A stretch of 64,000 nt of DNA, taken from assembly GCA_013265495.1 (NCBI GenBank), contig MU061579.1:544872-608871 (forward strand). The letters run 5' to 3'. This stretch comes from Vicugna vicugna (lineage: Eukaryota). The notes under the pieces are model-generated. The model saw only the letters and a list, made by a program, of their open reading frames with translations. It was not told where the DNA came from and made no database searches. This document shows, in pieces, positions 1 to 13,410 of the stretch. The position numbers were made by a program, and so were the translations under genes. Positions within the stretch are counted from its first letter, which is position 1. Every line of letters starts with the position of its first letter.

Positions 1-469
1 GGAAAACAGGTTGAAGATAAGTTCTAGCATGATAAGATATATTTAAAGCACTAAAGACAAATCAGAACAACACATGATCCCCAAATAGAATTGAACACTT
101 TTTGGCTAGATATGATTCTAAAAACTCTTGCCTAAATGATTCAGACTGGATTTGTGTGATTTCCCCTATGTCCTCTTCATGACCACCGGGAAGTCTTGTA
201 GATCCCAGGGAAACATAAATTGAGTTAAGTGAGTTCACAAATTCCACTAAGACCTGTGTGTTGTCCAGGATGGTTGGTATTTCAACCCAGATAATTATGT
301 AGTATAAATTATGGAAGGTGAGAGAAGGAATAAAATGAACATATTCAACAAAAGCTCCCCATGTTTCATGGGGTAAATACAATCTCTGGGATTCTATTTG
401 TAAGTAAACATTTTACAAATTCTTTTATCCAGAAATATTTTGTTTCTGAATTAACTCTATATATGTCCC

Positions 470-502
470 TGTGCACGCATGCGCGCGCGCACACACACAC
501 AT
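470..502. repeat. Alternating purine-pyrimidine tract, (GC)5(AC)5 core
   Basis: Reads tgtgcacgcatgcgcgcgcgcacacacacacat directly. Confidence 0.9.
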
Positions 503-593
503 CTCAAACAGTTTATATTATTCTAAATATATGCCCGGAATTGTGCTAAGCATTTTATGTGTATATTTATTGCATTCTTTACATCTAGGAAGT

Positions 594-955
594 TGTCTTG
601 GCCTGTTTAGGCTGCTATATACCATACTAAAATACAGACTGGGTGGCTTATAAACAACAGAAATTTGTTTCCCCATAATTGAGCCTGGAAGTTCAAGATC
701 ACGGCGCCAGCATAGTTACACCCTGGTGAGGGTCCTCTCCTGAGCGGCAGACTGCCTACTTCTTCTGTGTCCTCATCAGGTGGAAGTGGTGGGTATGCTC
801 TGTGGGGACTCTTTGAAAAAAACATTAATCCCATTCATGAAGATTCCACCCTCATGACTTAATTACCTAGCAAAGGCCCCAGCTCCTAATACGGTCACCT
901 TTGGGGGTTAGGTTGCAACAAACTAATTTTGAGGGGACATATTCCTACCATAGTA
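594..955 (-). mobile_element. MaLR solo LTR (MLT1A-like)
   Basis: Motifs gactgggtggcttataaacaacagaaattt, ggaagttcaagatca, ccaccctcatgacttaattacct and tttgaggggaca match the recalled reverse-complement MLT1A consensus. Confidence 0.8.
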
Positions 956-3287
956 AAAGATAAAATATTGATATAATGTTTCCAATTAATATTGACAAGA
1001 TTTCTTGTTAAGTGTAGTGACTGAATACTTGAGTTGAAGGATGAAGAAACAAAGATAAAGAGTAGTTAGCAAAAAAAGTTTTACATGTAAAATGCTTTGA
1101 AATCCATTAAGAGTGATGCAAATATCATAACCAGAAGATCTTAAGGACTTTCATCCCAGAATGGAAAATACTAAATGATACCCATATCAAACTGCTTGTT
1201 CTATTTAAACACCAAAACCCTATTTGAAACTTCAGAGTGTAACTGTGCCCCTTAAATTAAAACACAGTATTGGTTTTACGTATTGCTTCTTGAGTGAAAA
1301 CATGTTCGCCATTAAACTATGAATTTCCAAGTTTTTCTTCCATAAACCACTTTTAGAATGCCTTTTCGTTCCGCCTCATTATAGAAGAACACTTGTTTCC
1401 CCCCATAAAGCAGTGTCTTGATACAGAAAGTGTAATATATCATTCAAGTGACCCTTTAAGCCATTGTATTTTGAAAACTATAGTTTTTGAACTAATGACT
1501 ATGTTGTAACTATACAGAAATAATGAAGTTATTGTCCTCTATATCATAGAATTTTGGTAGAATGAACAGTAGCTAAAGCCAAAGGGTGAAAGCATTATAA
1601 AAGTTATTTTATATGTCTTAATTTATACATCAGTGTTTCAAAAATGTCACATCTCAAATTGTTGATGTCTATATTTATTTTGGCTTTGTATCTGCATACA
1701 TCTAAATGTGCTACGCTTTGATTAATGTTCCTTTTGTTAGCTACAGCTGTCTTATTCCTCTCTCTAGGAAATACTATTTTAAGAAGGATTAAAAAATTAT
1801 CACTTAATGTATGTTTCTGTTTGAAAGTTCATTTAAATATACAGTTAGTTATATTTGATGTATACTTATGAATGTGTTATATTTACATATTTCCAAACAT
1901 TTTGTAACAATCAGAAAAATGTGAGCTATATCAGATGATATAACAACTCAAAAGTAATCATTTCTCACCCCAATGCCTTGTCTCTTTTCTTCTGATACAA
2001 ACAAGGTATAGAGAGGTCAGCTTTCTTAAACATGTTCCATTTTGACTCACAGTTGTCAACTACTTGTAAGGAGAAGTAAATGTAGATTTCTTTATTTAGA
2101 ATATTGACCCTGGGGGGAGGTATATTTCCAAAGGCAAAAGCTTTTACAGGCTTCAGTGGCTCAAATTTTAAATATATAATTCCAGAGATCATTTCTTCCA
2201 ATTTTCTTTTTTCAGTTAGGGAGAATTACAATGCAATTTCAAATTCAATTCAAGTCTCTGACCCTGATCTACTAGATCATAAATATACCCAATCCATTTA
2301 CATCAGTGACCAAAGAACACTTTCTATTTCCTTGGCGATGCTTCTTCTCATTGTTTCCCAAGAATGCGACAGACTTAGTGAGCAGGAGGCCAGTTATATG
2401 GGAGAGTAATAGCTAACACGACAGATTTTCCCCCAACTGCTGTAAGAAGACATCACACTTTGACGATGATGTGAAATAAGCATTTCAGTCCAGCTGCTTA
2501 ACCCAATGCTCCTTTTAACACTTTAACCTTTTAATGTAATGGGGAAGGTTAGAAGTTAACAATATTTCATTATTTCTCAAATACATCAATTTCAAAGTAA
2601 ATCAATTACCCAGACAGTAATATTTCACATGTTTTCATTATCTATTAGGTACTGAAACCCAGAGAGTTATCTGTGAAAGAAATAAAAACATATTAGAGAG
2701 ATTTTTAAAAAGTCTTCATGTCCAAACCATGGAGCAGATCAGTTAAGAAAAATGCATCAGGAAAGAGAACAACAGGATTCTTGGGTCTATTTATTTTATT
2801 TTGTTTTATTTTTGCATTTTCAAAATGTTTACTAATACATGGAGCTTGCTTTTAAATAAGCTGCATTTTTGCTTACATTTGAGAATGCTTATCCTTCAAA
2901 CAGTAATATGCAACGGTAGGTAAAGTTACTAGTGCCATGTGACCACTGAAATCCAATTGAGGGCTCCAGGAGAGTGAGCCCTTTGAAGAGTCTTTTGTTG
3001 TGATTGAATAAGGACAGTCACAGGTGTGGTGAGTCATATGTTCTGAGCAAAGATGCCGCATATGTCCAAATATTTGGACTCATTGGGGTGATGTCTTCCT
3101 CAGAGATGATGAGAGCAGCACATTCTTCTCTCATTTTCTACCTATTTGACCTTGGTCTAATCACCAAGCCTCACTGTGCTATGATTCTCTTCACCAAAAC
3201 ATAAAATACTAACTTATTGATAAGAGACCAGTGAGAAGAATAATGAGTATTAGCGAATTAAAATGTGTTGCAAATCCATAGTTAAAC

Positions 3288-3829
3288 TGTTAACTGTTAA
3301 GTTTGTCTTACCCAGGAAAAAGAATTTGAATGGGAGACTGAAAGTGTGATATAAACAGAAAGTTTGTTATTAGAACAAAATTTAGTATAATACACCTTCA
3401 AGAACTGAAGGCGGGCCAACCCCAGAGAGGAAAATGGTGGTGCTCGTTTGTTTCTCCTGTCTTATATCCTGGCTTAGGGGCATCTCGTGACTGATTGACA
3501 GCTCACGTCCATTGAGTGCTCAGGTAGCCCAGCTCTTTTGTGCATGTTCTTACCCACGATGCACACAGAAAAAACCTACTGGGAAGGGGCCCAAACCACA
3601 AGGCTAATTATATTATAATGAGTATTGGGTCGTGTTAAGCCAGGTCCTTCTCTCTACTGCGCAGCTGCAGCATTCAATTCTAACTAGCTTCTCTATTGGC
3701 ACTCATTTAGAGAAAGTAAAACTCTGTGAAGCCCCTTATTCTGAGCACAGGTATAAGGTTATCTTCTGGATTGCTCCCTCCCCTTTCTCTCCCCTTGCCC
3801 GGTACTTATTTCTATCTAACTGCCTAACA
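3288..3829 (-). mobile_element. ERV1-type solo LTR with 4-bp TSD
   Basis: Termini TGTTA...TAACA; AAAC at both 3284-3287 and 3830-3833; GC-richer body. Strand inferred from terminal similarity to the LTR at 18957. Confidence 0.8.
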
Positions 3830-4734
3830 AAACCATGAATTATCCACTTTTGTAACTATTAGGACCCTTAAACAATCAACTCTAAACATATCCAAAATTT
3901 CTTTTGTAACCCATAGTGTAGTGTTTCTCCCTTGAAATTGTAATCAAAACACTCAAATCATATGAGAAAAAAGTTTCTTTGGTAACATACTTTCTTTTCC
4001 TTTTCAGAGACTTCTGAAGTAGGTAGAAATTCCAGCTATAATTGAACAGATTAGTTATCTGTGACCTTCTGTACCTATTCATTTGGAGGACGAAAGCAGT
4101 AGGCTCATTAGGTTCAACCAGATCAGAGATGACTTTGCTTGTGTATGGTTTTAGTTAACCAAGATTGTCTGCAGGACCGTGAGCCTCACACTTAGCTTTC
4201 AGTGGTATTTGACTTGTAAGAATAAATCAGTGCTTTGGAAATGTCATGTTCTTATGTTAATGAGCTTATAATTAAGCAGAACGCAGGTGGTTTTCTTTAC
4301 AGAATTCCACCCACAAGGATTCTATTGATTTACTGTTTCATTATATGAAATAGCATGCCAGGGTGAAGGTGAAGCAGAAAACAAATTATGATCTAATCTA
4401 AGATGTAGATCTGTATTGGAGTGAGAGTGCTGACCTGTGAAATACATTCAAGGAGGATTTACAAAATCATTCCTATTGTCAAAATGATGAAAGGAGATCT
4501 TCTCTGGGTGTTGCACTGGGGACTGCAAAGTCAGGAAGTTTCTAGAGGTACTCATGAACTTAAAATGCTAAAGTAGTTTGCACATATTTGCATTAATCAG
4601 GATTGTATTTTTTTTAATTGTAGAAGGAATAATTTAGTATCCTTTAACGTATCTTTATATATAGAAAAAATAAGTTTGTGGGGAACAGTGTTGCATGGAG
4701 AGGAATTACTAAAATTAAATGTGTGAATGTTGAA

Positions 4735-4850
4735 TATGATATACATACAACTATATGTAAATAATTTAAAATATGAATAAATATATAATAACACATATAA
4801 TATATAAATATATATAAATACAAAATATATACAGTTTAGTTTTGTATATA
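4735..4850. repeat. AT-rich low-complexity (TA-like) tract
   Basis: Degenerate atatat/ataaat runs. Confidence 0.8.
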
Positions 4851-5029
4851 TTCTCAAATATCACTGTTGTCACTAAAATTGCTTTGAGACTATTAAGTTG
4901 TTATGGACCTTCCACCTGGAAGCCTTCCTCAAGAAAGGGAATCTTCATCTTTATCAAATGAAAGAATGTCTGCATATAGACAAAGCATTTGTAACTGTAA
5001 AGCAAGAACTTAGTTATCATTAGTCTTTT

Positions 5030-5250
5030 ATTTCTTTAATTATTTAGTCAACATCATCGAGCACTAATTTGTATCAAAATATATATAATTCCTAGAATAA
5101 AGGAATGAACAAAGCAGTCCCTGTCCTATGGAAGTTCATAAAAATTAACAAGTTAAATATAATATGACACAAAAGCAGGGTGCTGTAAGACCACTGAGGA
5201 GGATCACAAAAAAGGGGTATGACCTCTAGAAAGGCTGCAAGCTTAGAACC
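5030..5250 (-). mobile_element. L2 3' fragment
   Basis: tttagtcaacatcatcgagcactaa...aatgaacaaagcagtccctgtcctatggaagttcata resembles an antisense L2 tail. Confidence 0.5.
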
Positions 5251-6720
5251 CAAGAAAAGAAGAATCTATCGTAAGTAATGTGTTTAAACAATTCTAAGAA
5301 CATAGACCATTTTTCTCATTTATATAATTAGTGCTTTGAAAGAACTATGTATAGGATCTTGAACTTTAAATAGCCTATGATTCTAAGGTATTGTGCCTAG
5401 ATCATAAAATTGCATTTGATAAAATAATGTTTGAAAGTAAGCTTACATCTGATCTGAGGTAGAAAATTGGTGTTTTACTAGACTGACAAATGCATTTTAC
5501 CTGCCCAAATGAATTTCTGATGTTATTTCTACTTCATTTAGAAGTGCTTTAATTAGATGGCTATGGACACATTCTCAAGGTAGTTCTTGTTTCTGAAACA
5601 AGATCTGATCCATCCACAGACATACATTATTCCAAGGAGGTGCACTCTTGTCTTTGTTATTTGTATTTGAATTGGAACTTGTATCCATGTAGAACATATG
5701 AATTAAAGATGCATTCATAGAGAAAAGGAGAAAGAAAAAAGGAAACAAAAGAAAGAGGGAAAGAAGGAAATCTTAAGTTTTATGTGCTCCTCAACTCGAA
5801 TTATACAATCTATAGACTGCAAAAGAGATAAAATGCTATTTTGTGACATTACTGAAGTTAAAGATTTATCCTATACTCAGTAATTTTCAAATAAATCAAG
5901 TTACGAAATTTTATTTGAGATCTTCCAAAGAGATTGTAAGGAACTAAGGCAGATAGAGAGAGCATACTTAGGACTGAGGTGGTAGAGTCCCATTTGAATT
6001 TTAAGGAAAAACACCTGTATTGGGATATCTTTACCTTAAGTATAATTTTTAAAGATTACTTTCAGTAGCTATTGTTGATAAGATAACCATGAGAATTCCG
6101 CTTAAGTTTTATATCTGATAAATACAAAGAAACGCAAAGAGAAACTGATTATTAATTTGCCCTCTTGTGAAATGCTGACTATAAAGTTAATCTCAGATAA
6201 CAACACAGAGAAAGATTATTAGTTTTGAGGAATCTGGTGTCTCATATATTTGCCACAGATTGTTATCATCGTCACTATAGAGAATGTTAAACATGTAAAT
6301 TAGTATGTATCGTAAAGATAATGTCTAGTTAAAAAGCCAGTTTGAAAATCACTTTTTAAAAAAAAAGCTTAAAAAATGATATTCTGTTTGACATATCTTT
6401 AAAATAGAAACTCATGATTTCCTTTAGTTGAAGATGATTATTATAATAAAGTATATTATTTACTAAAATCTTCTCAGTGCCAGAAATATTCATTCACTCA
6501 TTCATTCAACAAATAATTGTCTAGTACTTATGGTGTGCTAGTTACTGTCCTAGGCAGTGAATAAAGCAGTTCAAGGAGGTCACATTTTATTGGGACAAAG
6601 CAGGTAGCAAATAAATAAAAATACATATTGAACGTGTCAGTCTGTTATGTAGAAGAGTAAAACATGGTATAAGGGTGGAGACTGATAATGGGAGGATGGA
6701 TGCGGCTTTATGTAGAGTAG

Positions 6721-7056
6721 TATCTTACTCAGCTGGGGCCGCCATAACAGATTAACACAGTCAGGGGGGTTTAAACAACAAGTATTTATTTCTCACAGTT
6801 CTGGAGTGGGAGGTCCAAGATCAAGGTGCCAGCAGATTCGGTTCCTGGTGACAGCCCTTTTCCTGGCATAGAGATAGCATTTCTTGTTATGTCCTCACAC
6901 AGTAGAGAGAGAACAAGTTAGCTCTCTTCCGTTTCTCATCATAGGGACTCCACCTTTGTGATCTAGTTACTTTCCAAAGACCCCACTTCCAAACAGTATC
7001 ACCTTAGGGATTCAATATATGAGTTTTGGAGGGACACAAAAATTAAGTCCCTAGCG
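6721..7056 (-). mobile_element. MaLR solo LTR (MLT1A-like)
   Basis: tttaaacaacaagtatttatttctcacagttctggagtgggaggtccaagatcaaggtgccagcagattcggtt...ttttggagggacaca. Confidence 0.85.
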
Positions 7057-7321
7057 GACAGGCAAGAAGGTTTTTTCAATGAAGTGACATTTATGCAAAT
7101 ATATGGAAGAAAGAAGGGAGTCAGGCCTGTAGATACCTGGGGAAGATTGTCCTGGAAAAAGGTCCTGAAGTATGAGGTGATTAGCATGTTCAAGCAATAG
7201 GGAAAAAGCCAATGATGAAATGAATGGAGGCAGAGGACACTGACAGAGGGTAGTGTAGTTGGGTAGTGACGCCGGTGGTTTTGTAAGCCAGGGAAAAGGA
7301 CTTTGACAAATAGGAGTTGAA

Positions 7322-7360
7322 GAGGGGGTATACCTCAGTGCTAGAGCATTTGACTGCAGA
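7322..7360 (+). pseudogene. Tailless 5'-half tRNA-Cys(GCA) retropseudogene
   Basis: 7324-7360 GGGGGTATAcCTCAGTGcTAGAGCATTTGACTGCAGA matches the recalled 5' half of mammalian tRNA-Cys-GCA with 2 G>C changes and ends just after the anticodon. Flanked by a perfect 17-bp repeat GACAAATAGGAGTTGAA at 7305-7321 and 7359-7375. Confidence 0.88.
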
Positions 7361-7386
7361 CAAATAGGAGTTGAATTCAGCATACA

Positions 7387-7987
7387 TTTTTTTTATTGAA
7401 GTATAGTCTGTTTACAATGTTGTGTTAGTTTCTGGTGTACAGCATAGTGATTCAGTTTTATATATATATATATAAATACAAATTATAAATGTAAATATAC
7501 AAATATATATGTATACACACATACACACACATTCTTTTTCATTATAGGCTATTACAGGATATTGAATATAGTTCCTGGTGCTATACAGTAGGACCTTGTT
7601 TATCTATTTTATATATAGTAGAGAGTATCTGCAAATCCCGAACTCCAAATTTATCCCTCCACATCCCTTCTCCACTAGTAACCATAAGATTGTTTTCTAT
7701 GTCTATGAGTCTGTTTCTGTTTTGTAACTAAGTTCATTTGTGTTATGTTTTAGATTCCACATATAAGTGATAGCATATGGCACTTTTCTTTCTCTTTCTG
7801 GCTGACTTCACTTAGTATGCTAATCTCCAGGTCCATTCATGTTGCTGCAAATGGCATTATTAATCTTTATCTAGTCATCTGTTGATGAACATTTAGGTTG
7901 CTTTCATGTCTTGGTTATTGTTAATAGTGCTATTATGAACATTGAGGTGCATGTATCTTTTTGAATTACAGTTTCCTCTGGATATAC
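7387..7987 (-). mobile_element. 5'-truncated L1 3' end (artiodactyl-type)
   Basis: Begins with a poly(T) tail then tttattgaagtatagt...gtgtacagcatagtgattcag; contains tagattccacatataagtgata, ccattcatgttgctgcaaatggca and gtgcatgtatctttttgaatta. Confidence 0.92.
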
Positions 7988-10900
7988 ATATTTAACTTAG
8001 AAAAAACAGCTTTAAGGACTGTATGTAGATTGTGAGATTTGTGATAAGTTATCCAATGATGACTCCAAGTTTTTTGTCGTAAAGCAACTGGTCAAATGCA
8101 GTTACCATATACTGAGGTGGGGAGGATTATAAGGCAGACTAATTGGGGAAGTCACTGAATTTAGCTTTGTAAATGTTGTTTTGAGATATCAATTAGATAT
8201 CCAGATGGAAATTTCAAGAAGGTGGTTGAACATCAGAATCTTGAGTTTAGTATAAGATCAGGACTAGAAGGGTACATTCATAGATAAAGTCTTACAAAAA
8301 CTATTAGTGGAAATATTATTCTTCCTAATATGTAGCTCAAAAAACTGAGATCTATATTGTTTAATTGATTTTCTAATAATGGAACTCTAAGTTAATCCAG
8401 CTCTATCTGATGGTATATACCATGGTCTTTCTTTTAATATGGCTTAAGTTATAGACATTAAATATTCAAAATAAACCAACTCCAATGTAATATTAAGAAG
8501 GAAAACTTCTTAATTATCCATCCTCCTTCTTTGTGGAAAGTCTGACCCAAAGGAACGTGAATTCATTTACTAAGTCATTAACAGTGTGTATTGAGCTCCT
8601 TTATATGCCAGACAGAAAGACAGGTTGTGTCTCTGACTTCATAAAGCTTAGTTCAATAAATGGATAACTACTAGTGTATACTTTCAGATTAAACTGAGTG
8701 CTTTCATACCATTGAGAAAATGAGTTTGAGAATGAGTAGTCAGGGAAAACCTCTACTTAAGTGGACTACCAAGTACTGAGAAAAAAACCAAACATGTCTA
8801 AATCCAGGAGTGGACATGGGAGAATGGTCGGGGATCCGTATTAGCAAGTTATTGCAGGTGTTGGAGATGGAGTGGAGGAGAGGGGAGCCAGAGGACTTAT
8901 CAAGCAGATGGAATAGCAAGTAAAAAGTTCCTGAACTAAGAGGGTCACCAGTTAAAATTCATTTTTATTTGCTGCCAGTTATTTTTAAATAATTTAGAGA
9001 CACTCACATCTTTCTGGTCTATAGATTTCTTATTAAAGTTGCCTCCGATAGATTCATGGATCCCCACACTAAACCCCACATGTACACACCTAAGAAACAT
9101 TAGCACGACTTGTGATCTTCAAAAGCATGATGTTAATCTTTATTCCAGCAGCGTGAGATGGTGAGAAAGATTGAGAATTCTAGATAGGTATGTTGTAAGT
9201 CATGGAAATCAGAAAGCTGATGAAGCTCAACAGAAGAATGAAACCAAAATCCTTCCTCCTGCTGTGTTGCATTAGGAGAGAAAATATTTCTGTGACATAT
9301 ATTATCTTGGGTCAAAAGGCACTTCTTTGGAAAGATTGTGCTATGTCACATTGCTCTCTGTGGGGTCCCTCTGGTGAGGGCAATGAAATTCTTCTAGCTC
9401 TCAGCAGCCAGACGGATGCTTGTCTTTTCTGGATTACCCTACGTGCCAAAGAATTCCCAAAACTTCTGCGAGAAAGGGCTTTCCATTAGCTTTGGGGACC
9501 TACCTAAATTTTTCTAATACTCAGATATTTTGGATGTGGAATCTATGCCTCTGACTACAGTGCCAATTGAAAAGGAGAGTCTGGAAAAAAATTATGAAAT
9601 CAACTGTTAGTAAAGGATAAACATATCAATATATTCCAGAAGGCACCTGATAAATCCACGGAAAATACATATATTCTGGGTCCGATGGAAGAAAACAACA
9701 AAGACATCCATTATTTCAGAGATCAATGTGGATAAATAAATACACCTAAGTGGCAGTTTAATTAACTCAAATGCATATGCAGTCCATATCACCAATGATT
9801 TTAGAATAAACTCTGCAAATACTTTCTGAGGCCAGAATATAATTAAATGTTTCAATGCTTATATGGAGAAAAAAATGGACCTAAACTTCAAGAAACCCAA
9901 ATAAAATCTACATTTACAGAGAGTGTTCCAGGTAACAATGCATGTGTTCATATTTTACCTTTCATATTTTATCACTGGTAAATTATTAGTCTCAATTTAA
10001 GGTTCACAGAGGATAAGGAAGCTTCCAGATTTCAGAAAATAATAAATGATAGATCCAAGGTGCAGAACTCGATCCTAGTATAGAAGAACTCTAAATTTCA
10101 CAATTCTTCCTAAATGGAAGAAAGCCATAATTGGTTAGTTGCGTTCACCAGGCCACTTCCCCATGTTCTCACTTCCTGTTCATGTTACACTGAGTGGGGA
10201 AAAAAGGAAAATAAACACCACAATGTTTAATTACAGTCATCCTTTAGTTCCATGATTTTGCATTTAATTTATAGAAATTAAAATATTACAAATTGAATAA
10301 ACTTTATCTTCCGTATTACACATGGCATCCAGTTTCTTCAGGATTTGGGTCATATCTAGATAAATAATTTCTTTCAATTAACCATAAAAATAGTAAAATA
10401 ACTGATGTTGCTTTTCTTGAAGAAACTATTCATAATATCCACATTAAGAACGCCAAGGTCTTGCTCAAACATAATGATATTTTAAAGTCGAATGAATCTT
10501 AGTATTTAGAGAGAAGGCTATTCTCTTAGAAAAGTACCTGCAATTGTACAGAAAGCCTCCACAAACTAATTATATTCTAAATTTAAATTGTATCCTAAAT
10601 AGAATTAAATTTATAAACTCTTCAATGGGGAAAAACCAAAAGCCACAAATCAAAAAACTTGGAAAAGAAGAATAGGTCCTGGAAAATAATTCGTTTCCAA
10701 TGGGAACGAATCTTCCATAAAGATTTTACTCTAGTCACTTGCGGGAAGTTTTCTATTATGCTCTATCTCAATTTTTCCAAGAGAAGAGAAACACAAAACA
10801 GGTTCTCCTTTATAGAAAGAGGAAACAAAAGAAAGGAGCAGATTGCACTGCATGGAAAGGTGGTATATGAGTTTTTAAATAGAACTGACAAAAGCTGACT

Positions 10901-13179
10901 GCTTTTCTAGATTGGATTAGACAGAACAGAAATTCTGCACAGCAAGAGGACTTCAGAGGCAAAAGGCTCTCTCAAAATTTGAAGGAAAAAGGCTTATTAG
11001 TAATTGGATATCTATGATAATTTTTCTAAGTGATATATATAATAATTTTTTCTGTAAACTTATAAATGTGATGTTAAATCTTTTGAACTCTGTGCTACTC
11101 ATGAACACAGAAGAATCGATTACTTCTTTCTCTATGATGTCAACACAGTTTATAATTATCTTTAACTTTGCATTGTCCTACTGTGTGGGTTGCCAAATAT
11201 TTTCTGGACTGGGTTATCCAAACCTTTTCAATCCAACTTGTAATTTGTAACTTTGATTTCTTTTCAATCAATCCAATTAAAATTCAAGAAAATAATAAGG
11301 ACATCAACCAGTCTTCTAAGACTCTAACTATCTTGGTTTCAAACAGGATATTCTCATAATATAGATCTCCTTTTCTTCAAGAGGCATATGACTGATGGCC
11401 AGTGTGATGTTAGTGAATTCACCTGGATTAGGCACATGAATTCCTAACTTTCTCCTCTTGGGAAAGCCAGAGAAGAAACCATACTGAAAGATTTCTTTGT
11501 TAGCTCCCTCCTCGCTGCAGCCTTCAAAACAGAGCCAGCTCCTGACTGGTCCAATGCCCTGCCAATCTGTAATATAAGAAGCAGAGATTCCTGGGTAATC
11601 ATTTTATATCCTTACAAAACTAAGCCATAGGGGTGGTGTCTAATTATTTTCCAAGCTCAGTTGCTTTATTTTACTGATTGATACAAACGGTACCTAACAC
11701 AAGAAAGAAAATGACCTGATCTGTACAGAGTCACCTTTGAATCTTTTTGTTCACCAATGGCAAAGCCATATACTATATATTTTCCCTTTCAACTCCCTTA
11801 AAAGCAATATCTAATTAGATGAATGCTTTGACAAGGAGGAAACCAGGGTCACTTTTTTAAAAAGAAGAAATTTCATAGTGATTATAAGGCTATGTGAGAG
11901 CTGTGATACATTAAAGACACACTGATGATAATAATAATATAATCATAATAAAAGCACTGGTTTAAATTGACAGACTTTAGAGGGGAAAATGATGGTCTGG
12001 GTCAACTGGTCTAGTAGTTAATGACACTGACATCTTAACCTTCCCTTAGCCTGACGCATTTGCAAGCATCTGAACCCACCAGGGATTTAATTTTTACTAA
12101 GTTTTTTTTTTCCAGAAACCATGATGATTACTAATCAACAATCATATTTTAATAGTTTCTTCACAGTGGTTTTCTGATGCAGCATGAATAATTGCCTACC
12201 ATATGCATCGCTCAACTTTCATAACAAACCTCAGCTACTGAATTGAAAACTAAACATGCTAATCTATTCACTGCACTGAGCTCATGCATGAAGTGCAAGA
12301 GAATGTCAGAGAAGTTATCCTTTTCTTTACATAGCCTTTATTTTTTCCCTCCATTCTCTCTTCAAGCTTTTCAGCACATCACCTTCACCACCAACGACCA
12401 CTACAGGAGGTGGTAGCCCGGGCTTCTAGCTGATCCCATTAGCGGACCCCCAGTATCGATAGTTCTTGACTCATAAGTGGAAGTGAAAATTATTGGTTAT
12501 ACCCATCCTTTGCCCTGGAATAAATGTGCTTGCACGCCTCAGAATACTTTGTATTTCTTTACTCAAAACAGCACAGTAACAGTAAAGACCAAGAAGCTAA
12601 GGCCAAGTGTCCTAGGAAAAGGGGGAGTGTGCACTAAAAAATTACTGACGGAGAGGGTAGCTGCTTCTATTCAGAGCTGTTGGTTCTTCCATAGTATAAG
12701 TACTAAGTTGACATAACTTGCAGGTGCTAGCCATGGTTTTCTCAAAAAATTGTTCATTTTTACACTTTGAAGTGATAAAACTCCCTCTTTCCTGGTACAT
12801 GTTTCCAGTGCATCTGTAGAGTCCTCAGAAAGCAGGGAGACAATGTTCAGAGTGAACAGTATTTATGGATCTAAAAAGCCCTTTGAGCTGTAAAGAATGA
12901 AAAATAGGTATTATGACCTAGTGATGAAAGTATCAAGTGCAGGGCTTCCCCAAGGGGATTTAAGGCACACAATTTATAGAGGATTAAGCTAAAGGGCAGA
13001 GCCAAATAGAATATTTGGTGGGGTTGGCTAATAATAGCAGAGTCCCTTATGGAAAGTGTCCGCTGCTGATTTCTGTCCCCTCACTCTGCTGCTCTGCTCT
13101 CTCTCTACCTCCTCCCTCCACTCCTCCAACTTCAATAAAGAATCTGTTCCCCACAGAAGTTTCATTCAAAGTGATTCAC

Positions 13180-13410
13180 TGTGTTTGGAGTCAGTCGGGT
13201 TTAAATCGTACTTCCATCCATGACTAACCTGGGTGACTCTGGCAAGTTTTTTTTAGTGGTGGTTCCTCTTTCAAAGTTTGTTTCCTAACTTGGAAAATGT
13301 TGATAATTATAGTAACTCCTTTATATGAAAGTAGTAGGGTTAAACGGGTTACCATAGATGTCAAGTATTTGCAAGCTGGTTGGCACACAGTAGGTACCCA
13401 ATAAATAGTG
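13180..13410 (+). mobile_element. MIR SINE
   Basis: gggtttaaatc...gtgactctggcaagtt...aaaatgttgataattatagt...tggcacacagtaggtacccaataaat. Confidence 0.7.

Larger units (their letters stand above)
6490..8280 (-). mobile_element. L2 fragment interrupted by an MLT1 LTR, a tRNA-half retrocopy and an L1
   Basis: Starts cattcactcattcattcaacaaat (reverse complement of the L2 3' end); L2-like purine-rich sequence resumes at ~7057-7385 and ~7990-8280 (gatgactccaagtttt...ttgagatatcaattagatatccagatgga). Confidence 0.7.

Noticed and set aside
7324..7360. Functional tRNA-Cys gene
   Set aside because: Only the 5' half is present; no T-arm/B box or 3' acceptor strand, and the A-box region is mutated.
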